NCBI GenBank assembly: GCA_965197905.1
Contig: CBDAOB010000001.1
Span: forward strand, 96,001-160,000
Length of the DNA: 64,000 nt
Direction: 5' to 3'
Origin: Candidatus Latescibacterota bacterium
GTDB lineage: Bacteria > Latescibacterota > UBA2968 > UBA8231
Below, one piece after another: positions 11,126 through 21,185 of this stretch (positions within the stretch are counted from its first letter, which is position 1; the number at the start of each line of letters is the position of its first letter). Made by a program: the position numbers and the translations under genes. Below the pieces are notes generated by a model. It saw nothing but the letters and a program-made list of their open reading frames with translations. It made no database searches and had not been told where the DNA came from.

Positions 11126-12439
11126 ATGGCCGACGCCGACCGCGAACTGGCACTTTTAGTTGCGGACGAGGGAGAACCTCAGGAGCTGCTGCTGCGGCCG
11201 CTGAAGCTGCAATTGAACTACCAGTTCGGTTTGGAGGCCGTGGCCTGCTCTGACCTCGACGTGGCCATGTCGAGGTTACTGGAAAACCGCGAATGTGTTC
11301 GATGCATCTGCATTCTAGGTCGTGAGGTTGTCGACAGCCAGACCGCGCTGGGCGCGAACAGTCATGCCCCCTTGCTTTTCAGCATGCCCGACGAGGTGCT
11401 TGAGCAGCAGCGTCTGAACTGCGCCGAGATGAGTGCGGTATACTTCTGCTCCTGGGAGGAGGCACTGGGCAACGGTGAGAGCAACCTGCGCCTGATTGTC
11501 GAAGAGGCGCTGACGGCGAGCGAAATCGGCGATCTGTTCGTGGATCTGGAAACAGAGACCTACTCTGCCGCCAAACGTCGGGTCGACCGCAGGCTCAAGA
11601 ACATTTCGACGTTGCCGACCCTCCCCGAGATCATTACGCGCATTCTGCAGACGATCAATGAGCCGCGGTCGACGGTGTCAGAGCTGGAGGAGCTGCTGTG
11701 TCGCGACCCCGCCATCGTCATCAAGCTGCTGCAGGTCATGAAGAGCCCTGCGTTTGCAGGAACGGGCCGAAGAGCGGGCTGGTCGCTGCCGGAAGTTATC
11801 ACCAGGCTGGGGCTCAAGAAGGTCGGGACTCTGGCGCAGCAGGTGAAATTGATCAACAGCCTCGTCCGCCCCGAGGACAGCGCCTTCGACCTTCGTCGGT
11901 TCTGGGAACACTCCGTGGGGTGCGCACTCATCATCGACAAGCTCTACCACGAACGGCTACTCCCCCAACCAATCAGCGTGCCCTTTCACGAATACTGGGC
12001 GGCCGCCCTGTTGCATGACGTGGGCAAGCTGGTATTGGGATTTTTCTACTGGGGCTGGTTTGCACGCGTGGCGGAAATAATGGGAGGCTCGGTTACCACT
12101 TTTCACGAAGCCGAAACGCAACTTGGAAGCGTGGCCAATCACGAACGACTGAGCAAGCTGCTCCTGCTGAATGCCGATATGGGTGAGGGGGTTGTTCAAG
12201 CCGTCGGGAACCACCACGCTGTCCCTGAGGATTCGACCGACCTCGACTGCTTGCTGCACATCGCCAACGGCCTTTGTAAGGATCTGGGGCTGGGTTATTT
12301 CACCGACGAAGCGGGAGAGTACGATCCGGAGATCCTGGATCGCCTGGGAATGTCTGGAGAGCAGATGGAGGTAGCGAGGGATACCCTTGCAAGCGACGTC
12401 GGGCCGGAGATCAAACAGATGGTTGAGGCGTGTTTGTAG
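11126..12439 (+). CDS. HDOD domain protein
   Basis: LPTLPEI, DPAIVIKLL, FWEHSVGCA, AALLHDVGKL, NHH. Confidence 0.88.
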   Translation: MADADRELALLVADEGEPQELLLRPLKLQLNYQFGLEAVACSDLDVAMSRLLENRECVRCICILGREVVDSQTALGANSHAPLLFSMPDEVLEQQRLNCAEMSAVYFCSWEEALGNGESNLRLIVEEALTASEIGDLFVDLETETYSAAKRRVDRRLKNISTLPTLPEIITRILQTINEPRSTVSELEELLCRDPAIVIKLLQVMKSPAFAGTGRRAGWSLPEVITRLGLKKVGTLAQQVKLINSLVRPEDSAFDLRRFWEHSVGCALIIDKLYHERLLPQPISVPFHEYWAAALLHDVGKLVLGFFYWGWFARVAEIMGGSVTTFHEAETQLGSVANHERLSKLLLLNADMGEGVVQAVGNHHAVPEDSTDLDCLLHIANGLCKDLGLGYFTDEAGEYDPEILDRLGMSGEQMEVARDTLASDVGPEIKQMVEACL

Positions 12440-12927
12440 AAAAGGATGGCGTTGAGCCGCAAGAGATTTCAGCTGCTGACGCTGATGAGCTCTTCAGCGG
12501 CACCGAAACAAACCTAGAGACCGACTCCGCGAGCTCCGTTTCCGAAAGGAGACTGCGCAAACTGATTCTGGTGATCGATGATTCCAAAATGATGAGATTT
12601 GCGATCTGCGATCTGATCGGCAAGATGGGGTACCGCACCCTCGAGGCGGGAGATTCGATGGAGGGGTTCACCAAGGCGATGGATTCCGCTCCGGATCTGA
12701 TCATGCTGGACGTCGAGATGCCGGTGCAGAACGGCATCGAACTCTTGATAGAATTGCGTAAGACTGAAAAACACAAAACCACGCCGGTGATAATTCTTAC
12801 AGTTTCCGGAGAACGTTACGACATCGAGGCGGCAAACGCTCTCGATGTGGCCGACTACATGCTCAAGCCGCCGGAAGCAAAAAAGCTGGAAGCAAGTATT
12901 GCGAAGTGTTTGAATCTCGGTGTTTGA
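12430..12927 (+). CDS. single-domain response regulator
   Basis: VIDDS, PDLIMLDVEMP, PVIILT, YMLKP. Confidence 0.85.
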   Translation: MFVEKDGVEPQEISAADADELFSGTETNLETDSASSVSERRLRKLILVIDDSKMMRFAICDLIGKMGYRTLEAGDSMEGFTKAMDSAPDLIMLDVEMPVQNGIELLIELRKTEKHKTTPVIILTVSGERYDIEAANALDVADYMLKPPEAKKLEASIAKCLNLGV

Positions 12928-13038
12928 GGTGTGGCACTTTTCTAGCTCGTCCTCCATCTTATAGTCGCAATCAATGGTGCTCCTCGCGGGTCCAGTTCGA
13001 GCTGAGCATCGGACACACTCTCCTGTTGGGAGCCCCTG

Positions 13039-13611
13039 TTGCGCATCGTCGCTGGCGACCTTCGCGGTCGGGAAATCTCTTTCAATCCTCGCCGCCACGG
13101 CGACATCCGCGTGACCTCCTCGCGTTTGAAGGAGTCGTTGTTTGGCATGCTGGGGCCCGACCTGAACGGTCAAACCTTTCTCGATCTATGCGCGGGTTGC
13201 GGCCAGATCGGACTCGAAGCCCACAGCCGCGGTGGCAAGGTGACGATGAACGAACCGCACCGAAAACGCAGCAAACTGCTCAAGGAGCTGGTCCGCGAAT
13301 GGAGATTGCGGGGCGTAGAGCTGGTGAGTGCCAAAGCCCAGGTTCTGATCCCGCGGTTTGCGGAGCAGGGCCGGGGGTTCGACACGATCTACCTCGACCC
13401 TCCGTATTGCGCCCGCTTGGGCGCCGCTCGGCTTTTTTTGGCGCTGGTCGACCGACTGAGTGACGGGGCCCTCTTGAACCCGGGGGGCCTGCTTGCCGTT
13501 CAGCACACGCGCGACGCCGAGCTGGACTCTGCATGCGGGCTCCTGCACATGGTGCGGCAACGCCAGTATGGGGATACCCATCTGAGCATTTTCGCCGCGC
13601 CTGATTCTTGA
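13039..13611 (+). CDS. rsmD: 16S rRNA m2G966 methyltransferase
   Basis: RIVAGDLRGR, LKESLF, LDLCAGCGQIGLEAHSRG, YLDPPY, RQYGDT. Confidence 0.88.
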   Translation: MRIVAGDLRGREISFNPRRHGDIRVTSSRLKESLFGMLGPDLNGQTFLDLCAGCGQIGLEAHSRGGKVTMNEPHRKRSKLLKELVREWRLRGVELVSAKAQVLIPRFAEQGRGFDTIYLDPPYCARLGAARLFLALVDRLSDGALLNPGGLLAVQHTRDAELDSACGLLHMVRQRQYGDTHLSIFAAPDS

Positions 13612-13627
13612 GCGACTCGATGAAGAC

Positions 13628-14404
13628 ATGCGTTTCCGTCCCTGCATAGATCTCCACAACGGGGTCGTCAAGCAGATTGTCGGCGCCTCTCTCGGCGAAG
13701 GGAACGAACCTGTTACCAACTTCGCAAGCGACAAGTCTGCCTCCTACTACGCCCAGCTCTACCGCGACGACGGCCTGGCGGGCGGTCACGTAATCATGTT
13801 GGGCCCGGGAAACGAAGCCGCCGCTGAGGAAACATTGAGCGCCTTCCCCAACGGATTGCAACTCGGGGGTGGTATCGACCACGGCAACGCCCGAAGCTGG
13901 CTGGAGCGGGGCGCCGCACAGATCATCGTCAACTCATACCTGTTCGTTGACGGCCGTTTCCAACAAGATCGATTGGAAAACCTGGCATGGGAGGTTGGTA
14001 GCGAAAACTTGGTGGTAGATCTGAGCTGTGCCCGTTCAGGTGAAGGCTTCGTGGCGATGACCGATCGTTGGCAGCGCCCGACCGACCTGGAAATCACCGA
14101 GCCGAATCTGACGATGCTCTCCGAGTTCTGCTCTCAGTTTCTCGTGCACGCAACCGAGGTGGAAGGCAAGCAGGAGGGCATCGCCACCGGCGTTGTTGAA
14201 CTCCTCGGAGAAATAGCTCCTATTACGACGACCTACGCGGGAGGGATCCGCAGCTTCAAGGAGATCGAGCGCATCGACGAGCTCGCCCAGGGCCGGTTGG
14301 ACTTCACCGTGGGCAGCGCCCTGGACATCTTCGGCGGGACCGGAATTCGCTACCGCGACCTCGTAGCCTTCAACCGCGCTCGCGAGGAAAACGGCGACAG
14401 CTGA
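13628..14404 (+). CDS. hisA: ProFAR isomerase, eukaryote-type (His6-like)
   Basis: MRFRPCIDLHNGVVKQIVG, GGHVIMLG, LVVDLSC, TYAGGI, TVGSALDIFGG. Confidence 0.9.
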   Translation: MRFRPCIDLHNGVVKQIVGASLGEGNEPVTNFASDKSASYYAQLYRDDGLAGGHVIMLGPGNEAAAEETLSAFPNGLQLGGGIDHGNARSWLERGAAQIIVNSYLFVDGRFQQDRLENLAWEVGSENLVVDLSCARSGEGFVAMTDRWQRPTDLEITEPNLTMLSEFCSQFLVHATEVEGKQEGIATGVVELLGEIAPITTTYAGGIRSFKEIERIDELAQGRLDFTVGSALDIFGGTGIRYRDLVAFNRAREENGDS

Positions 14405-14405
14405 G

Positions 14406-14639
14406 CTAGTGGGAGCCGCTGCTGTCCGGCATAACGTCTGAGAGGTTTTTGTCTACGAAGCTGGCCGGTGCCATATCGGGGGGCACATCCGGCGTCGGAA
14501 TGTATTCGAGAAACACTCCCCCGCGGTTCACACGGAACATCATGTCCGGGACCGCAAAGAGCAGCGCGTTCTTCAGCTTTTCGCTCTTGCTCAGTGCCTC
14601 CTTTGACACAGTCTCTTCCAGACGCGTTTTCTGTGACAT
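14406..14639 (-). CDS. short PAS-domain fragment
   Basis: ALLFAVPDMMFRVNRGGVFLEY is a PAS N-terminal segment; the ORF stops before the domain is complete. Confidence 0.45.
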   Translation of the reverse strand: MSQKTRLEETVSKEALSKSEKLKNALLFAVPDMMFRVNRGGVFLEYIPTPDVPPDMAPASFVDKNLSDVMPDSSGSH

Positions 14640-14764
14640 TCACCCCAATCCTTGATCGACGAGAGATGTGGAATATAATAATTAACTATGAGGCGTGTGG
14701 ACTATCGAGTGTGGTGGTGATAGTTTCTCTTTCCGACGGACTCACAGGGAGGGAGGATTGTGCG

Positions 14765-15124
14765 ATGCCGACCATACTGCTGGTAGAAGACAACGAGATG
14801 AATCGAGATATGTTGAGCCGGCGCCTGGAGCGTCGGGACTTCCAGGTACTCATTGCCGTCGATGGACGCGAGGGAGTGGAGACGGCAAGCCGCGAGCTGC
14901 CCGACCTCGTGCTCATGGACATGAGTCTGCCGGAGATGGACGGATGGGAGGCGACGCGGCTGCTCAAGGGCGACGAAAAAACATCTGCCATACCGGTGAT
15001 CGCCCTGACCGCCCATGCCATGGCAGGAGATCGGGAGAAAGCGCTGGAGGCCGGCTGCGACGACTACGACAGCAAACCCGTGGACTTCAAACGACTCCTC
15101 GCGAAGATCGAAGCACTTTTGTAG
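14765..15124 (+). CDS. single-domain response regulator (DivK-like)
   Basis: ILLVEDNEMNRDML, LMDMSLPEMDGW, IALTAHAM, YDSKP; GGAGGA RBS upstream. Confidence 0.92.
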   Translation: MPTILLVEDNEMNRDMLSRRLERRDFQVLIAVDGREGVETASRELPDLVLMDMSLPEMDGWEATRLLKGDEKTSAIPVIALTAHAMAGDREKALEAGCDDYDSKPVDFKRLLAKIEALL

Positions 15125-15349
15125 CCCCTCGGACCTACGAGGCTGAACCCTTACCCGCAACAGAGAAAGAGGATCGTGAATCAGGAGGCAAAGCGCGAAG
15201 CTGACAACGGTAGAACCGGTCTCGAGGAGATAACAAATCGAGCCAGAACAAGGACGAGCTCTTGCAGAGCATAACCGATCTGGTTGATAAACTTGAAGAG
15301 CAGACCAACGTATGAAATCCGTCGAAAACTCTAGACCCATCGCAGGTGC

Positions 15350-16576
15350 ATGGTTTGTCGCGCGTACCCGACGGCAACGAAGAGCCCAGTTTTGAGTCCA
15401 AGCAAGTCCAAAATTCTGGTGGTGGACGACTCGGCCATAGTGCGGCATACGGTGGCGGAGATAATTCGCAAAATGGGTCACACAGTGATCGAAGCCGAGG
15501 ATGGTACCGCTGTCCTGCCGCTGGTCGCTGAGCATCATCCGGCTCTGATTATCCTCGATATTCACATGCCCGAGAAAAGCGGATTCCAGGCTCTGGAGGA
15601 GTTGCGCGCGTCGGAAGGGGATGGGAGCGATACCCCGGTCATCATTCTCACCGCGTCCGCCGAACCCCGTTACGTGCGTCAGGCCCTGGGAATGGTGATC
15701 AGCGGCTATCTGGTAAAGTCGAGTCTTGTAGCCGCCGAGATACGGGAGCGGGTCAACCAGACGCTTCAGAAACCGGTGCGGACGAAGACTGCTGCCCGCC
15801 ATGTACGCGCAGCCAATCTCGAGTTTCACGTTCTGCTGGCAGACGACAGCTCGCAGGATCGTCAGCTCCTGTCCGGCTTGCTGTCCAAGTGGGGCTGTTT
15901 GACTACGGCGGTGGAAAACGGGAAGGAGGTCTTGAGCGTTCTAGCGGAGGACGGTTCCGTAGACGTGCTCATCATCAACGATACCATGCCTGAAATGGAT
16001 GGTTATGAGGCGACCCAAACGCTGCGGGAAAAAGAGAGTTCCGGCTCGGGTCGTTTGCCCGTTATCCTGATTTCCTCGCAACCTCTGGAGTCCGTAAGGG
16101 AGCGTTGTCTGTCGGCCGGGATGGATGCCTACATCGGCAAGCCGGTCAACCCCGACAAGCTTTACAGAACGCTCGGGGATATTCACACTCTCCGCCTCGT
16201 GGAGGAAACGCCGGCCCGATCGAGTGATGCCGTCTACGACTGGGAAGAGCTCATGGAGCGGGTCGATGATGACATCGAGCTGCTGCAGCGCATGCTGTAC
16301 CTCTTTGGCAGAGATTATCCGCAGCTGCTCGTAGAGATTCGCACGGCCGTCGAATCAGCGAATCTCGAGTCGCTGAAAGAGGCCGCGCATACCCTCCGAG
16401 GTATGCTGGCTAATTTGACGGCTCACCTAGCTGCCGACATCGCCGCAGAGCTGGAGAACGTTGAAGAGTCACGAGATCTTGCAGAATACGCGGAGATGCC
16501 GGCTCGGTTAGAAACGGAGGTGGAGCGGGCGAATGAGCAGCTTTCCAGCGAGCTCTCCAGAGTCACCAAACCGTAA
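15350..16576 (+). CDS. tandem receiver-receiver-Hpt phosphorelay protein
   Basis: Two REC domains (ILDIHMP; IINDTMP) and Hpt motif AAHTLRG. Confidence 0.85.
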   Translation: MVCRAYPTATKSPVLSPSKSKILVVDDSAIVRHTVAEIIRKMGHTVIEAEDGTAVLPLVAEHHPALIILDIHMPEKSGFQALEELRASEGDGSDTPVIILTASAEPRYVRQALGMVISGYLVKSSLVAAEIRERVNQTLQKPVRTKTAARHVRAANLEFHVLLADDSSQDRQLLSGLLSKWGCLTTAVENGKEVLSVLAEDGSVDVLIINDTMPEMDGYEATQTLREKESSGSGRLPVILISSQPLESVRERCLSAGMDAYIGKPVNPDKLYRTLGDIHTLRLVEETPARSSDAVYDWEELMERVDDDIELLQRMLYLFGRDYPQLLVEIRTAVESANLESLKEAAHTLRGMLANLTAHLAADIAAELENVEESRDLAEYAEMPARLETEVERANEQLSSELSRVTKP

Positions 16577-16605
16577 CCTCGCTGACTCAGGCAGTTGCCA
16601 CAACC

Positions 16606-17526
16606 TCAAGCGATGGTAAAGAAGGCCAGGACCGAGTTGAGTCCCTTGACCCTAGGCCGGTGAAGTAAAGGGAGCGCTTCGATATCGAATCTCCGCCGCT
16701 CACCTCCCAGATCGACTTCCTCCGATCCGCGGGAAAGCTTGCCGTTGCGCGCAGCTTGAATTAAACAGCTTCTCTTCTCGAATCCTGGAAAGGTGGGTAT
16801 GAAAAGCTTGCTGGCGGCGAAACTGATTGAGTAGGTCGTCGCGACCACCCTCATACCACCCTCCTGCGTAGCTCCGCCCTTCTTACAACGGCGAGAACGC
16901 TGCCGGCTGCCGGGATCAGGCTCCGCCAAGACCAGCGCGCAACGGTGCAGATCGCACTCCACCATGCGCCGACAGACCGCCTCCTGTGACGCGCCGTACC
17001 GGCGACATAAACCCTCCACCGAGCTCAGCGCGAAACCGGCGCAGGCCAGATCGCTCTTGAATAGATCGATGGGCATGGCAAACTCTGCCGCGGCCACATC
17101 GCAAAGGTGCTCCAGAAAACCCTGGCGGCCAAAATGGCGAACCTTCGAACCACGCATCAACGGGTTGCTGCGGTAGTCGGGAAAGAGGGTGTGGGCAAGC
17201 TCGTGGAAGATGCTGAATCGGGTTCGCACCCTGGAGCGGCCCCGGCGAAACAGAATCGTCGGCGTTCCGTTCTGAACCATGATCATCGCGTCGTCCAATC
17301 CGGGCTCATCCACCGAGACGCAACGGTATCCCAGAGCTTGCGCGATCAGCACCGGGTCGACCGGCGGAGGTGCCCAGCGGTCATCGATCTCGCGAAGAAT
17401 CCGGTCTGCATGGGCGAATCTCTCCCGGGCACGGGTTCGCACCTCATCTTCCGGTGAAACCTGGCCACCCCCGATTTCCTCGCGTTGGCCAGCGGCCAGG
17501 TCGAGCTGAAGCAGGTCGGCGCCCAT
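16606..17526 (-). CDS. ImmA/IrrE family metallopeptidase
   Basis: PPVDP, RTRFSIFHELAH (HExxH), EHLCDVAAAEFAMP, YGASQEAVCRR. Confidence 0.88.
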   Translation of the reverse strand: MGADLLQLDLAAGQREEIGGGQVSPEDEVRTRARERFAHADRILREIDDRWAPPPVDPVLIAQALGYRCVSVDEPGLDDAMIMVQNGTPTILFRRGRSRVRTRFSIFHELAHTLFPDYRSNPLMRGSKVRHFGRQGFLEHLCDVAAAEFAMPIDLFKSDLACAGFALSSVEGLCRRYGASQEAVCRRMVECDLHRCALVLAEPDPGSRQRSRRCKKGGATQEGGMRVVATTYSISFAASKLFIPTFPGFEKRSCLIQAARNGKLSRGSEEVDLGGERRRFDIEALPLLHRPRVKGLNSVLAFFTIA

Positions 17527-17528
17527 CG

Positions 17529-17933
17529 CTACTCTCCGGTCATCTCCCTTAAAAGGCCGTAGATCAATGCCCACTGATCCCGGGTGGTCGGGCGCCCGCC
17601 ACGCAGCTGGACGAAAGAGAGCGATTTGATCTCTTCCGGATCGAGCGGTTGCCCCTGCACCTTGCGCTGATTGATAAAGGCACGCAACCCCTCGTTTATC
17701 TCAGGTTCTATAAGATCGAGCGCGCCCTCTGACAGCTGCTTGCCCATCAGATGAGCCAGTGTAACACCGAGGGCTTCGGCCAACCTGAAGAGTACCTCCG
17801 CCCCAGGTCGCTTGCTCTTCCCCGCCTCTATCTCCCACAGAAATGCCTTGGAAACCTGGGCTTTGGTGGCCAGATCTGGTAGAGTAAGACCACGTATCTG
17901 CCTGTATTTCTTAATGTTATTTCCTATTTCCAT
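17529..17933 (-). CDS. XRE-family HTH repressor
   Basis: IGNNIKKYRQIRGLTLPDLATKAQVSKAFLWEIEAG; ends 2 nt before the peptidase start. Confidence 0.9.
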   Translation of the reverse strand: MEIGNNIKKYRQIRGLTLPDLATKAQVSKAFLWEIEAGKSKRPGAEVLFRLAEALGVTLAHLMGKQLSEGALDLIEPEINEGLRAFINQRKVQGQPLDPEEIKSLSFVQLRGGRPTTRDQWALIYGLLREMTGE

Positions 17934-17987
17934 TACCGCAATGCCCCCTGCATAGAATCCTTTCTCGGGAAAGTAACTCCTGATATC

Positions 17988-18021
17988 AACAAAAGCAAAC
18001 TTATGTAAAGTTTGGTTTGTT
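17988..18021. promoter_or_regulatory. imperfect palindrome, candidate operator between divergent genes
   Basis: aacaaaagcaaactt-atgta-aagtttggtttgtt in an AT-rich intergenic gap. Confidence 0.45.
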
Positions 18022-18102
18022 AAAGAAAACTGTTGTGTCTGAGAATCGAAAGCGTAGATTTGTGGGCTACAGTTCGTAAAAGCGAACCAAAAGGAGGCTC
18101 CG

Positions 18103-18312
18103 ATGCAGTTGACGTGCAGAGACCGGGTGGAACGCGCCGCCCGGATCTACACCAGCAATAAGGAAGCAAGCCGTGCTCTCGGTATTGCGGCGGGCAGCTT
18201 CGGCAGATTGTGTCTCCGCTACGGCATCGAAACACCGCATGCCAGGCGCCGACGGCGGCGGGGGGAAATGAAAATGGGAGGTCCCGCCGGGGTAATCCGG
18301 AGTGACGGCTGA
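18103..18312 (+). CDS. small basic HTH-like protein
   Basis: AGGAGG RBS; SNKEASRALGIAAGSFGRLCLRYGI resembles a Fis-type HTH. Confidence 0.6.
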   Translation: MQLTCRDRVERAARIYTSNKEASRALGIAAGSFGRLCLRYGIETPHARRRRRRGEMKMGGPAGVIRSDG

Positions 18313-18330
18313 GCCAGCGACCGAATGTTT

Positions 18331-19353
18331 CTAAGGTGTTGGAGCATCCTCTCGCAAGAGACCTTCAGACTTCAGCTCCGACCAGAGATCAGCGGGAACG
18401 GCCTGCCGGTAGAGATTCAGATTCTGCTTAACGTGGTCGGGTGCCAGCGCTCCGGGAATAATCGCCGACACGATCGGATGAGCCAGCGGAAACTGCAATG
18501 CTGCTGCTGCCAGGGGGGTCTCGTGACGGGCGCAAACAGCCTCCATCTGGCGGACCTTCTCCTGAACCTCGGCTTCGGCCGGCGCATACTTGTATTTGGC
18601 ACCCTCCACCGGCCCGGTGGCGAGAATGCCTGACGCAAATACGGCTCCGATCACGACGCGGACACCGCGCTCTTCGCATTGGGGGAATTCCGTATCCAAA
18701 ACCTCCTGGTCCAACAAGGTGTACGGCAGCGCTACCAGGAAGAAGTCGAGATCCACCATCTCCAAAAACCGAGGCATCATTCCCATCTCGTTGATGCCGG
18801 CCCCAACTCCCTTGATCAATCCGTCTGCACGCAAACGCTCCAACGCCCGCCAACCGCTGGTGGCCAGCTGATCGAGATACGCCTGCACCTTCTTCTCCGT
18901 CAGGTGAAACCAGAAATCAAGGTCGTGTATGATCAGGTATTCGACCGAAGGCAAACCCAATCGCTGCAAGCTGTCTTTGAACGAACGCATGATGCCGTCG
19001 TAGCTGTAGTCGAACTCCAGGTCGAACGGCAATCCGCCGGCCCAGAAACCCGAGTCGAAGCTGGACGGATCGCGGGTTGGGCGCAGCACCCTGCCCACCT
19101 TGGTCGAGAGCGCGAACTGGGGCCGCTCCTGCTGGCGCAGGAAATGGCCGACCCGGTGTTCACTCTTGCCGTACCCATAAAAAGGGGCGGTATCGAAATA
19201 GCGGATCCCATCGTTCCAGGCCGCTTCTAAAATCTGTTGCGCCGTAGTTTCGCCGATCACTTCGAAGAGATCCCCCAGGGGGACTCCGCCAAGCCCGATT
19301 TCACTTATTGCGGCTCCGGTACGGCCAAGGGGACGGGTTGGTATTGCTGCCAT
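18331..19353 (-). CDS. aldo/keto reductase (D-threo-aldose dehydrogenase-like)
   Basis: FDTAPFYGYGKSE, LSTKVGR, DYSYDG, SLQRLG, AALQFPLAHP. Confidence 0.9.
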   Translation of the reverse strand: MAAIPTRPLGRTGAAISEIGLGGVPLGDLFEVIGETTAQQILEAAWNDGIRYFDTAPFYGYGKSEHRVGHFLRQQERPQFALSTKVGRVLRPTRDPSSFDSGFWAGGLPFDLEFDYSYDGIMRSFKDSLQRLGLPSVEYLIIHDLDFWFHLTEKKVQAYLDQLATSGWRALERLRADGLIKGVGAGINEMGMMPRFLEMVDLDFFLVALPYTLLDQEVLDTEFPQCEERGVRVVIGAVFASGILATGPVEGAKYKYAPAEAEVQEKVRQMEAVCARHETPLAAAALQFPLAHPIVSAIIPGALAPDHVKQNLNLYRQAVPADLWSELKSEGLLREDAPTP

Positions 19354-19394
19354 ATCTGATTGTCCTCGTCTGGTTAGCTTTCCGCTGAGGTGCT

Positions 19395-20216
19395 TTAAAC
19401 CCTAGCCCGTTCGAGCAGGTTTCGGAACTCGGTGGCGTACTGGCTCAACACCCCGTCCGCGTCATGATCACTCCCCGGCGGGTGAATGATCTCCACCGAG
19501 AAATACCCGTCAAAGTCGGCGGCACTCAACAGCTGCAGCGGAGCGAAGTGATCGAAAATGCCTTGCCCCAACGGCAGGGTCGTTATCCTTCCATCCACGA
19601 ATGTGCCATCGTGTGCGTGGGTATGGACCACGTACGGCCTCAGCACCTCGAAACTCTCCGCCGGCCGCTCGAATACGCGTTGCGGGTGCATTAAATCCCA
19701 CAGTGCCTGCAGATTGGGATGGTTTGTTTGCTCCAACACCGCGCGCACCGACACCGAGTTACTCCAGTGGTCGTGGGTCTCGAGCAAAATCGTCACCCCG
19801 CGCTCACGCGCCTGATCCAGCACCTGGGCGTATCCCTCGACCATGTAGTCCACCATCACCTTGAGCTCTTTGTCGTGGGTCCAGATACCCCCGAAGGTTC
19901 GCAGCAGGGGACAGTTCAAATCAGCGGCAAGATCGATGTAGCGGCGCAGGTCGTCTACGTGGCCGGCACGCACGGCCTTGTCTTCAGCCGCCATCTGGAC
20001 ACCCGTGGCGATACAACAGAGCTCGAGACCTTCGCCGGCAAACCGAGCTTTAAGTTCCCGCCGTTCCTCCGCTGTGCGCTCCAGCTCAATGCCGCAGGCG
20101 TGATCCCATTCCACCCGGGGTTCGAATCCTCGGTAGCCATGGCGCTTCATGCCGGCGAAAACATCATCAAGCTTCCAGTCTGGACATACGCTGCTCATGG
20201 TCGCCAATTTGATCAT
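19395..20216 (-). CDS. sugar phosphate isomerase/epimerase (AP endonuclease 2 TIM barrel)
   Basis: LLETHD, WDLMHP, HTHAHD, FSVE metal-binding pattern. Confidence 0.85.
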   Translation of the reverse strand: MIKLATMSSVCPDWKLDDVFAGMKRHGYRGFEPRVEWDHACGIELERTAEERRELKARFAGEGLELCCIATGVQMAAEDKAVRAGHVDDLRRYIDLAADLNCPLLRTFGGIWTHDKELKVMVDYMVEGYAQVLDQARERGVTILLETHDHWSNSVSVRAVLEQTNHPNLQALWDLMHPQRVFERPAESFEVLRPYVVHTHAHDGTFVDGRITTLPLGQGIFDHFAPLQLLSAADFDGYFSVEIIHPPGSDHDADGVLSQYATEFRNLLERARV

Positions 20217-20346
20217 CGATAGAGCCTCCTCATCGTTTCAATCTGCTCCATCCGCGGGCCTCTTGCAACCGTCTTGCCAGCATTGGATTAGCTTGATTCA
20301 GGTCTTCAATCAGGTATGTTTGGTCACTCGTCAACAGGGGGAAACT

Positions 20347-21162
20347 ATGAAATATCGTTTTGCGGAGATGCTCTGGAAGGAAACCAAAGAAGCAGCTGAG
20401 CAAAATCGAATTGCCGTCGTGCCGGTCGCCACCCACGAAGACCATGGACCCCATCTACCGGTCGATACCGACGTTGTGCTCACCAACGAGATCTGCGAGC
20501 GAGCGGTGGCGCGCATTCCCGGCGAGGCCGTGCTTGTGCCTCCTGTCGTTCACGGTTACAGTCCCCATCACATGGATTTCCACGGCACCCTGACCATCGC
20601 CTGGGATACCTTCATCAAATACGTGAAGGATGTCTGCTGCAGCCTTGCCCACCACGGGTTCCTGCGCATTCTCGTGGTCAACGGGCACGGCAGCAACAGC
20701 TCGCCGCTGGACATGTCGGCGCGGTTGTCCAATCTGGAATACAACGGGGAAATCCTCTGCGCCACCGTCAATCACTGGGACCTACGGCGCGTCAAGGATC
20801 TCGCAGTCGAGCTGCGAGACAGCAGTTACGGTGGCGCCGCGCATGCCGGCGAGTATGAAACCTCCCTCTACCTGGCATTGCGACCGGAGCTCGTAGAGAT
20901 GGACAAGGCAGTGGACGAACGCACCCCACTGCCCCCCAGTTTCCAGATCGATCTTCTCGCCGGCATCCACCCCGAAGGCTCGGGCGCCAAGATGGTTCCG
21001 TACTGGAGCTCGCAGACTGCCAGCGGAGTCCTAGGCGACGCCACCAAGGCATCCGTCGAAAAGGGTGAGAAGTTTCTTGAGGCCGCCACCGAAGGTCTGG
21101 TCGATTTGATTCGCGAGCTGAGGGGCACCGAGATCCCGCCGCGACGCAACCAGCACACCTGA
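20347..21162 (+). CDS. creatininase family amidohydrolase
   Basis: EDHGPHLPVDTD, GYSPHH, NGHGSN, HAGEYETS, GVLGD. Confidence 0.92.
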   Translation: MKYRFAEMLWKETKEAAEQNRIAVVPVATHEDHGPHLPVDTDVVLTNEICERAVARIPGEAVLVPPVVHGYSPHHMDFHGTLTIAWDTFIKYVKDVCCSLAHHGFLRILVVNGHGSNSSPLDMSARLSNLEYNGEILCATVNHWDLRRVKDLAVELRDSSYGGAAHAGEYETSLYLALRPELVEMDKAVDERTPLPPSFQIDLLAGIHPEGSGAKMVPYWSSQTASGVLGDATKASVEKGEKFLEAATEGLVDLIRELRGTEIPPRRNQHT

Positions 21163-21185
21163 ACCTTGGTACACGGCGATTCGAG

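Noticed and set aside
20347..21162. Creatininase as mycofactocin MftE
   Set aside because: No mft precursor or radical SAM genes in the window.
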